Shown here one piece after another: positions 29,570 to 40,996 of a stretch of 64,000 nucleotides of DNA. A program made the position numbers and the translations under genes. A model generated the notes under the pieces. That model did not search any database. It was not told the origin of the DNA and worked only from the letters and a program-made list of their open reading frames with translations. The number at the start of each line of letters is the position of its first letter. Within the stretch, counting starts at the first letter, position 1. The stretch is from Neocallimastix sp. 'constans'. Taxonomy: Eukaryota. The stretch covers positions 62,001 to 126,000 of the forward strand of contig JBODTK010000129.1 of assembly GCA_050613775.1 (NCBI GenBank). The letters are read 5' to 3'.

Positions 29570-31278
29570 ATTTGTCATACTTTTTTATATATTAACAAAC
29601 AAATGACAATGACTGAAAGAATTTCAAAACTAATTGATAAAGTAATTAAAGTTTAATAATAATTATACTTTTAAAATTTCGTAATATGTATAATCCATAA
29701 AAAAATATCATAAAATTATTTTAAAAATCTAATTTCTAAATCTTAAATATTATTCGTTACCAAAAAATAGTAATATATTTCAAAATAAATTTTAATATTA
29801 AATTTAATAAAAATGCTTTTGCTATAAATATGGAATAAAGCGAAATATATTTGTTCATATTTTAATTGTAATAATTGTACATATTATTTTCTTAATTGAA
29901 ATCTTACTATAAAATTATTTATCTAAATAAAAAAATTTGTTAAATACTTTTTTTATTATTTATTAAATTAGTTTAGAATTATTTATATCATATTTGACAT
30001 ATTAATCATAAAATTTAGACTTAATATGATAATAAGATAATACATATTTAATTAAAATAAAACTTATAAAAAGCATTTAAAAAAAAATTATAATAAAATT
30101 ATTATATTTTCAATAATCATAGCTTAATAATGAGTACTAATTTATTTCCACTATAATTTTGCAATATTTAATCTCTTTAAATAAAAATAATTTATTTATT
30201 ATTATTTGAAATAAAACCTATAAATCATAATTATTATTTCTTTTTTCCTTAATAGAATATTTTAATATAGATTATAAATATTATTTTTAAAAAGATTTCA
30301 TTACCAGTTAAATAATTTATATCAATAACCTATGCTAATTTTGTTTATTAGCAAATTTTATATTAATGTATTTTATAAAATAAATTATTATTATATTATT
30401 ATATATATATGATATATATTATTAATAAAAAAATATAAGCATTAAAAATATTAGGATAATGATGGAATAAAAATTTCATTTATAATAATTATTTAGTTTA
30501 AATGATTATGAATAAATTTATAGATATACAGATAAAATCAATTAATGTCAATTTAGGATCAATTGTAATATTATTTGGATATATGTAAATACGCAAATAT
30601 CCAAGAATAAACAATAGGGCTTTAAGCTTCATAATTATCTTCCTTTTAATTAGACATATTCAATATGTGATATTAAAAATTCACTATTAAAAAAAAATGT
30701 TTTTTTTTTTATATTATTATTTTATATAGATAAATATATTAATAATTAAAAATTAAATATTGTTTTAAATAAATATTATAAATATAATTAAAATATACAA
30801 AAATATATTTATAGAAGTATTAATATACATTATAAATAGAATTATTACTAATAAAATAATTTTGTAAATATTTTTTTATTCTAACCTTTTTAATTAATTT
30901 AAATGTTTATTAATTATTAATTAGTAATTATTATTATAGAATTTTTCAAATTATTAAATTATTATAATGAATAAAATATGTTTAATTTATTATAATATAG
31001 AAAATTTATTTACATTGGTACAAAAATTATATTAAATAATTAGCTAATTAATATATTTGAATATAATATTAATATATAAAAGAATTTCTTAATCTTAAAC
31101 TTTATATGATATATATTAAATGCAATTTTTCATATTATTGCTTGTTTGAATAATAATTTGAATTAATTTAATGTAATAATTTTGAATTAAATAAAACTAA
31201 AACCTAACCATCTCAAAATTAATATAAACAATAATACATACTATTTAAATTTTTTTTAATTTTTATTTTATTTCATAT

Positions 31279-31309
<31 letters not shown>

Positions 31310-31626
31310 TTTTATTTTATTTTATTTTATTTTATTTTTATTTTTTATTAATAATAATATATATATATATTTAAATAAATAACCTAAATTATATATAAAT
31401 ATTTTAAATTATTTAAAATGAAATTTTTATAATTTAAAATAATTGAAGAAAATTTAATTGCATTTATTATTAATATTATTATTTTTTATTATTATTATTT
31501 TTAATTTATACTTAATTTAATAAAATATAAATTTATAAATTTAGAGAAATAATATAAAATAAATAATTTAAGTGATAATTTAATTTAAAATATTCAATAA
31601 AAGTAAAAAATATAATAATATAAATA

Positions 31627-34525
31627 ATGAACAATAATATAAATGTTAAGCAAGCTTGTCCTCGATGTCAAGGTATATAATGAAGTATAATAAAAATAAA
31701 AATATTATATAATGTTATTTTATATAAATAAATACTTATATAATCCATATATTTTAAAACATAGGGGCCGGATTTATACATATTAATGATGAAATAAAAC
31801 ATGATAAAGCAAAAAATGTTAAATGTAAAAATTGTAGAAGTTGTTCAAGTATGTATTAATTTATTTATTATTTAATGATTTAGTATATATATATTTATAA
31901 TATTTAAATATTATGTATAAATAGTTTTTCCCCCTTTATTAATAGAATTAAAATAAATGTTATTAAAATTAGCATGTCAAGGGACAGGAACAATTATAAA
32001 TAAAGTACCTTGTACCACTTGTAATGGTTAGTATATAATTACTAAAATCATGAAATTATTAAAATTATAAAATGAAATTAATTATAATGAAATTTTTATT
32101 TATAAATATAGTTAAAGGTTGGCTTCATGATTCACCTCATCCTCATGATGCTTCGGATAATATTAGATGTTTCTATTGTAGAACATGTCCAGGTATTAAA
32201 GTTTTTTTTAATAAAAAATTAATTGCTATTGTTATTGTTAATTATTATCTTTTTTTTACTTATTAATTCGTAAATTAATAATTGTAGATTGTAAAGAAGC
32301 TGGTGTAGTCGATATAAATTTCAAAAGAACTGCAAATTCAACTTCTTCTAAGCAATCTAGTACTACTTCTTCGAAACATTCAAAATTATCAAAAAAACAG
32401 TCATCCTCTGAAAAATTAACTCCAACAACACCAGCCGAAAATCATTTAAGAGGTTCTTGCCCAGTTTGCAGTTGTAAATGTTTTCAAATTTAAATAAATT
32501 GTATATGAGAAATAAAATAATATATAATTACAAAAATATTATAAAGAAAACTGGATTTATATATTGAATTTTATAATAAGTATAATTATATATATTGATA
32601 TATATATATAAATTCAGAAATTCATATATATTGTAATTTAATATAAAAAGGAAATTAAAAATTTTATATATTAGTATAGTATATACCTTAAAAATTCATT
32701 ATAAAATCATATTTTTCCTTTTAATTAGTGTCATAAATATAGTTATTATCATATTAATTTAAATAATATAAAAATCTTATTACATATATATGTATTTAAG
32801 ACTTTCATACTTAAACAATATCAAATATTTCATATATATATCAATATAAATAATATTTATATTTAATTATAACATATAATAATGATATAATAATAATAAT
32901 ATATAATAAAAATTATATTTATTATATTAAATATAAGCATTAGGATTTGTTCATGAGAGTCATATACCACATGATAAACCTGCAGGAAAACCATGTAAAT
33001 TTTGTAGTGTTTGCAGAGGTATGAGATATATATTATCATTTTATTTAAAATTATAAAAAGGTATCTAATTTTTTTTTAATTTCATTATTAAAAGTATGTG
33101 CTGGTGCTGGTATTATTGTTGGAAAACAAGCATGTACACATTGTAATGGTAAGATAAAATATTTCATGATTTTAATGTAAAATAAATGAAAGTAAGAAAA
33201 TGAAAATAATATTAAATGATAAAATATCAAATTAAATAATAATTAATAAATAGCGAAAGGTTGGTATCATCCTCCAAATTCAAAATATGTTCATAATGTT
33301 ACACCTAGCACAATGAGATGTTTCCACTGCAAGGATTGTCCAGGTGAATAACAATAAAATTATTTATATAAATATACTAAATATAAAGTATTTTTTTATT
33401 ATAAATATCCTTCATAATAATTTATATTATATTCAAATCTCACTGATTATTAATTGATAAATTATTTATAATTTTTATTTATTTATTTATTTATTTATTT
33501 TTTTAATGAAAAAATAAAATTTTAAATATATTATTATTAATAATCAATTATTTTAATTAAAAAAATATCTAATATATTTATATATGCATCATTCCTTAAA
33601 AAAAAAATGATTTATTGAAACCAATAACAAAAAAAAAAAAAAAAGTTTGTAATGGATATGGTGTTATCGATCCAACAAAAACTAAAGAAAATTATAGAAA
33701 TTCAATTATATCGCAAAAAACAGATCATAGTCTTTATTCACCACCATCAAAAGAAACAATAAATTTACAATTAACTCCTCCAACTCATAAGAATTTCCAA
33801 TTATCAAATCAACATTATCAAAAATTATTAGAAAAAGAACAAGAGAAACAACAAGAACAATTAATAGCTCAAGAACATCTTCAACAAAGATTAGAAGAAT
33901 CCCAAGCAATGCAGTTAATAGAACAACAAATTGCTCAACAACAAAAACTTCAACAAGAGCAACAAATTAAACAAATACAAATGCAACAAATGCAACAACT
34001 ACAATTACAACAACAAATGCAAATGCAACAAATACAAATGCAACAAATGCAATTGTATCAGTTACAACAACCAATGATGTATATGCCATATTCTTCTTAT
34101 ACTGCAACACCAACAGTAACACCAGTAATGCCATATGGCTATGCTGCTCAAGCTCAAAGTATATGTCATTCTTGTAAAGGACTCGGTTTTAGACATAAAA
34201 AGAAGTCATCAAAACCACATAATCAACCAGAAGGTGTTAGGTAAATATAATAAATATATATATATTTAAATATATATATATTTCAATTAATTAATTATTT
34301 AATTTGAATGAAATAAAATAAAATGAGATAATAATAATAAATAAAAAAAAAAAAAGAGATATATATATAATTTATTAATTAATTATTATTTAATTAATAT
34401 TTATAATTTATTTATTAAATGCTTATATATATAATATATATATATATTGAAATATATATTTTTTTAGATGTGAAAATTGTAGAGATTGTAAAATATGTCA
34501 TGGAACAGGATATACATCTCTTTAA
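31627..34525 (+). CDS. Uncharacterised 10-exon protein with five Cys6His2 putative zinc-binding repeats (CxxCxGxG-like) and a Gln-rich region
   Basis: Exons splice in frame through GT-AG introns: MNNNINVKQACPRCQGAGFIH..HD..CKNCRSCSTCQGTG..CTTCNVKGWLH..HD..RCFYCRTCPDCKEAG...CPVCSSLGFVH..HD..CKFCSVCRVCAGAG..CTHCNAKGWYH..HN..RCFHCKDCPVCNGYG...(Q-rich)...CHSCKGLGFRH..HN..RCENCRDCKICHGTGYTSL*. Confidence 0.85.
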
Positions 34526-34849
34526 TCATTTATCTTATAATAATCTTATACATTTTATTTTTATTCTTTAATGTTATTTTAATCTAATTTAATTTAATTT
34601 ATTTATTTTTTTCTTTCTATTTTCAAAATATGTAAATAAAAAATATTTACAATAAAATTTCGTATTTTCAATCTTTTCAAGTAAAATTTTTATTAAAATA
34701 TAAAATATTCGATATTATTACTATTAAATAAATGAAGATGAAATAATATAATTAGTATATTATTAGTTATTTTTTTATTTATTTTTTTTCTTATCTTCTA
34801 AAAGCGTAAGTATTATTTATAATCAAGAGTTAAAAAAACACGACAAATG

Positions 34850-34880
<31 letters not shown>

Positions 34881-34920
34881 GAAAGAAAAAAAACACACAA
34901 AATGAATAATAATAATAATA

Positions 34921-34964
<44 letters not shown>

Positions 34965-36301
34965 CACTAAAAGAATAATAATGAAAAAAATTAATAAAAT
35001 TAAAAAAGCAAGAAACACAAAACAAAAAACAAATAAAAAAAAAAAACACATCAAATGAACAATAAAAAAATTAATGTAAGTAAAAAAAAAAATAAAAAAT
35101 AAAAATAAAAATTAATAAAATTAAAAAAAAAAAATAAAATAAAAAAAAATTTATGTAAAATATATAATAAAAAAAAAAGTTATTATTATAGTATAATAAA
35201 ATCATTAGTAAATTGTGAAATTTATATAAAAAAAATATTTAAGTGAACATTTTATTATTTTATTTCAATATGTCAATAAATAGATCAATATATTATAAAA
35301 TTTTTAATAATAATAATAGTAATAATAATAGTAATAGTAATAAAAATAAGTATATTATAATAAAAATTTATTTTATATTATCATTTAATATTTTTAAAGT
35401 AGAAATGATCTATAATATATGTTTAGTAACTTTTCATGTTATAATACATTTAAAAAAAATAATATTTTTAAAAATATACTTTCTTTTGGAAGGAGTTAAA
35501 AAAAAAAAAAAAAGATATAAAATATTTCATTTAATTTATGTATTGATAAGACTTTATTGTATATATATTTATTATTTGTTCATTTTGAATAATTTGAACT
35601 GTATATATATATGATATAGCTATACTCTTTATTAGTTATATATTATGCATATATTGTTTATATATAATGCGTGTGAATATATAGTTTATTGAATGTTTAT
35701 GCATATACGATTTGATTGACTATATCAGCTATATTGTTTAATAATATATATATATATATATATATTTTTTTTTTTTATAAATAAATAAATAAAAGAGTTA
35801 ATGAAACTTTTCGTAAATAAATATTAATGTAAACACTAATAATAAAATTATGTATATTTAAAAGTTTTATAAAATTAAAAGTTATATAAATTTAAAAGTC
35901 TTAATTAAATTATATAATATATTTTCATTAAAATTTATAGATTAAATTATTTAACTTGCATATTTAGATTATTAAAAAATTAAATCTTAATTTTTATGTT
36001 TCGTTTTTATATATATTATATATATATTTATTTTTTTTTTTTTTTTTTTAAATTTTTATGTTTTCGTTTTTATATATATATATGTATATATATATATTTT
36101 TTTTTTATTTTTTTTTTTTTTGAAATAGTAAAAAAAAGAATTAATTATTTTAATATAACGACTGATAACATATCAATAAAAAGTAAAAATGAGTTCAAAC
36201 GATTTAGATATATATTTAAGTGATCTTTTTTTAAAAAAAAAAAAAAATAAAAAATCAGGATTACAAAATAGAAAAAGACTTTATGATAATACAAGTATTA
36301 G

Positions 36302-36706
36302 AAAGAAAAATCTAAAATTTTAATATCAAATTTAGCCTATAGAGTTACATCAAAGGATTTAAAGTTTTTTCAAGGCAAATAAAACAAATAATAAAAAAAA
36401 ATTAATAAGAATTATATAAATACATATTAATACATATAATTAATAATATGAAGCTAATATAATATATTTTAATAATATTGAATTATTAAACAAATATAGG
36501 ATTTATTTAAGGATATAGGTCCAGTTAAGTCAGCTGCTATTAACTTTTTATCAAATGGTAAATCAAAAGGTACTGGCCAAGTTATTTTTATTAGAAGTAA
36601 TGATACTAGATGGACAATAGATAAATATAATAACGTTGAATTAGATGGAAGACCAATGAAAATTGAAGTAGAACTTAGTTTGTCAGTATTAAAACAAAAT
36701 AATTAA
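36302..36706 (+). pseudogene. Isolated RRM fragment resembling the ALYREF/Yra1 mRNA export adaptor
   Basis: KSKILISNLAYRVTSKDLK followed by DLFKDIGPVKSAAINFLSNGKSKGTGQVIF...KYNNVELDGRPMKIEV. No start codon found, the splice donor is out of phase by one base, and the frame stops soon after the RRM. Confidence 0.7.
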
Positions 36707-37017
36707 GGTAATGATGCTAAAAATAATATTATTTATTTATAATTTGTATCACTGAATTTAATAATGTCATAATATGAATCGAAATAAATTTTCATAATGA
36801 TATATATATATATATATTTATCTATGAATTAAACATGAAATAATTTATATTATGGATAATATATAAACAAGGAAATAAAATTATTGTTGAAGTATTTTAA
36901 TTATGATATAAATATCAAATATTGCTTAAAGAAATAATAAAATTACAGTTATAATAAAAGGTAAAGAGATATTTTTTCGAAATGAAATTATATTGATTAT
37001 GAACTTTATATTTTATA

Positions 37018-37055
<38 letters not shown>

Positions 37056-37076
37056 TAATTTTATTGAGAATATTTA

Positions 37077-37420
37077 TGTGATATTCATAAGGCTTTCCCT
37101 CAAATGATTATTTCACCCAACCCTGATACTACGCTTTGAATTGAAGTATAGACCTTGATGATTGTAAAATTTCCAATCTCCAATGATTACACCTACTAGG
37201 GAGGTGTTAATGATTTTGTTCTGATGCTCGTGGTCAATAGAGATATATATAGGAACGTTAGGAAGGTATCTCCGGGCAGTGTGTAACGACGATTGAGAGC
37301 GGCGAAGCTGTTACAGTATGTCAATAACTTATCACCTTACAGTTAATTAATGACTCTATGGCCATACTGGGAGATGGGTACCCATTATGTGCAAGTCTAT
37401 GTTTTTTTTTTTTTTTTTTT
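37077..37420 (+). mobile_element. TSD-flanked ~325-nt GC-richer insert with a 3' poly-T tract
   Basis: ATTGAGAATATTTA at 37063-37076 and 37421-37434, each preceded by TTTT. The insert ends AAGTCTATG(T)19 and has partial similarity to the 29450 insert. Strand is inferred from that similarity. Confidence 0.8.
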
Positions 37421-38356
37421 ATTGAGAATATTTAATGAAAATAATAAGTCATATAATAAATTTTGAGAGGTTAAATTATGTGAATATATTTTATTTTTAA
37501 TCTATTAGATCTCAATATTAAACTTTTAAATTTAAATTATTTTTATATTTATTAATGAAATATATAGTTGGTTTTTACTCTATTCATTGATTTACTCATT
37601 TTTAGTTGTTAAAAAAAAAATTGACTTAATGTGGTCATTTTTTGCTTATAAAAATTTGCAATTGAAAGGGAATGGTAGAACCAACATCATAATAAAAATT
37701 ATATTATTTATTTATTATGATATCTTACAATTCCCAATTCAATAATTTTTACTATTAGTAAAGTGAAATATTTTATTTCTGTTGTTTTTCAATTAAGATA
37801 ACTTATTGAAAATTTTTCTTATTTATGCTTTAGCTTGATTAAATTAATTAAAAAAACAAAAGATTCAAAAAAAAAAAAAAAAAAAAAAAATAATAATATT
37901 AAAAGTTTATTTTAATTTTTATTAAATTTAAATAAATAATTTTAAATTTATTTATTATAAAAAATAAAAATAAAAACAAAAAATAAAAAAAAAAAAAAAT
38001 TAATATTATTATTATTATTATTGAAAAGTTATATTAATTTTTATTAAATATAAATATTTTCAAATATATTTATTACAAAAGACTTCAGCCAAATGATGAT
38101 AGTTATTTTATTAATTAAATAATAATTTTAGTTGACCCAAAAAATAATATTTCTTTATAAATAAAAAATATTATAAGAATTAAAAGACACAAATTTTTTT
38201 CATTGTATTTCATTATCTGAATTATTAAATTTTAGAATATTTAGTGTATGGGTTATATTTATATATTATATTTCATTAAATATATAACAATAATTTTCTA
38301 ATTTTTTTTTTATATTAAATATTAAATGTTAAATAATACATAATAAATAATTGGAA

Positions 38357-38918
38357 ATAAATAAACAATAAATAATAAATAATAAATAATAAATAATAAA
38401 TAATAAATAATAAATAATAAATAATAAATAATAAATAATAAATAATAAATAATAAATAATAAATAATAAATAATAAATAATAAATAATTGAATAATAAAT
38501 AATTAATAATAAATAATAAATAATAAATAATAAATAATAAATAATAAATAATAAATAATAAATAATAAATAATAAATAATAAATAATAAATAATAAATAA
38601 TAAATAATAAATAATAAATAATAAATAATAAATAATAAATAATAAATAATAAATAATTAAATAATAAATAATAAATAATAAATAATAAATAATAAATAAT
38701 AAATAATAAATAATAAATAATAAATAATAAATAAGTAAATAAGTAAATAATAAATAATAAATAATAAATAAGTAAATAAGTAAATAATAAATAATAAATA
38801 ATAAATAATAAATAATAAATAATAAATAATAAATAATAAATAATAAATAATAAATAATAAATAATAAATAATAAACAATAAATAATAAATAATAAATAAT
38901 AAATAATAAATAATAAAT
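38357..38918. repeat. Heptamer tandem repeat (AATAAAT)n, about 80 units
   Basis: Direct reading, with occasional variants (AAGTAAAT, AACAAT). Explains spurious ORF 38657-38878. Confidence 0.95.
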
Positions 38919-40996
38919 GAATAAATATAATATTTAATATAATTTATTTAAAATAGATTAGTTTCTATTTATTTTAAATATTGGAAAAAGTATAGTTTCT
39001 TTCTACTTAAAATATAGTAAACATAATTCATCCATTATGTCCAGTAAAACAAAAAGAAAAACAAAAAAAATTTAAATTTTTTATGTTAAATTTTATATTT
39101 ATATTATTCATTCAATAATTATTATAATTTACTTTATTAAACTTTAATAGTAATATAATAAATTATAAAAATTAAATAAAAAACAATGTGCATTTTTAAA
39201 TAAAAGTGGTATATTATAATATATTTTTAAAGTATATATATTTTTTTATTTTTTATTATTTAACTTTTTTTATTTTATAAATTTTTTTTTTTGGTTATGT
39301 TTATAAAAGTTAATTAAATTAATGATATTGAAATATATTAGAATATATTTATTATATATAATTTTCTTTATATATAATAATAATAAAATATATTACTCTG
39401 TCATGTAACATATAATAATATATATTATACTATATAAAGGCTTTTTTAATTTTAATTTAATTTATTTCGTGTAACATTAATATTTATTTATTTAATCAAA
39501 ACTACCTTTATTTTATTACACAAAATTAATTTTTAATTTATATATGGTATATTTATATATATTCTTATATTAATAAATATATTAATATTATTTATTTTTA
39601 TATTATTTATTATTAAATATATTATCAATTATGAAAATTTCTAAAATGTATTTTATTTTATTGTTATATATGAAATAAATAGTAATTGATGAATAAGTTT
39701 AATCATCAAACTATAAAAAATAAAAAAAAACTATTTTATATATAATATATAATTTAAATAATAAGATTGAAATAATTAATATTTCCATATATTAATTAAA
39801 TTGATTATTATTATTAGCTATCATTTATTAATGTTTATTTATTATTTACTATAAATCATTATACTATTACAGTTTTAATTATTATTATTATAGTTATGCG
39901 TTAAAATTATTTTCGATATTGTTACAAATACGTTAAATTAATAATGTAATACAATATAATGTAATAAAATATAATAAAAAATAAATATTATTTCAAATTT
40001 TTTTTTTTTTTTTTTCTTTTTTAAAAAATTTAAAGTTAAAAAATCACAAAAAAAAAAAATAGATATAAAGGAGAAATATAGTATATATTATAATAGATAC
40101 AGCTATAAAAAAAAAAAAAAGGAAAAAGGAATTTTTAAAATTGTTAATATATATTTCAAAAAGATAATAAATAAATAAGATATCGTTATCACAAAATAAT
40201 TAAAATAAAAAATATTTTAATTAAGAAAATTATTAATTTTCTCTTTATTTAAGAAAAATAGAAAAGGAAAATTAGTAATATATATATTACAATATATAAA
40301 AATAGTAATTGTATGATAAGAATTTTTTAAAAAATTATATTTTTGCTTAAATTTAGAAAAAAATATATATTTTTAAAATAGTAATATAATATTTCCATTA
40401 TCCAATTTCCGTTTTTTCTTTTTTTCTTTTTTTTTTTTTTTATTTATTAATAAAAAGGACAAAATAAAAATTGTATTTTTTTTAAATCATAAATAACAAC
40501 TATTATAATATATATATATATAAGAGAAAAAATAAGAAAACAAAAATAGTATATAAGAATTATATATAATAATATAAAAGAAAAATAATTAAAAAATAAA
40601 AAAAATAAAAAAATATAAAATTTTTAAAATATTGAAAGTAATATAATAAATAATATCATAGTTTTAAAACAGATAGTATTTATTATTAAATATAATTAAA
40701 AAATATAAACCAAGAATATCTTTATTATTTATTAATATAATAGAAAACTTTTTAATATAAAATTATTCTGTTAAATTAATAAACATTATAAAGAATTATA
40801 AGAAATATTAAGAAATATTTGTTATATATATATTTATTTAAAACATTCTTAAGCCATTTAGGAAAGAAAAAGCTTTAAATATTAATATATATATTTATAA
40901 AATAAATACTAAATAATAATATTAAATCAATTAAACAAAATAGTTAAATAATAAAGAAATAAAAATTTATTATAATATATAGAAATTTTATTTAAA

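Noticed and set aside
35540..35745. Possible solo LTR
   Set aside because: Slightly unusual composition, but no defined TG...CA ends with a TSD.
37077..37400. Hammerhead ribozyme or U3 snoRNA identity for the GC-rich insert
   Set aside because: No CUGANGA...GAAA core with proper stems, and no U3 box A/B/C/D order could be assembled by eye.
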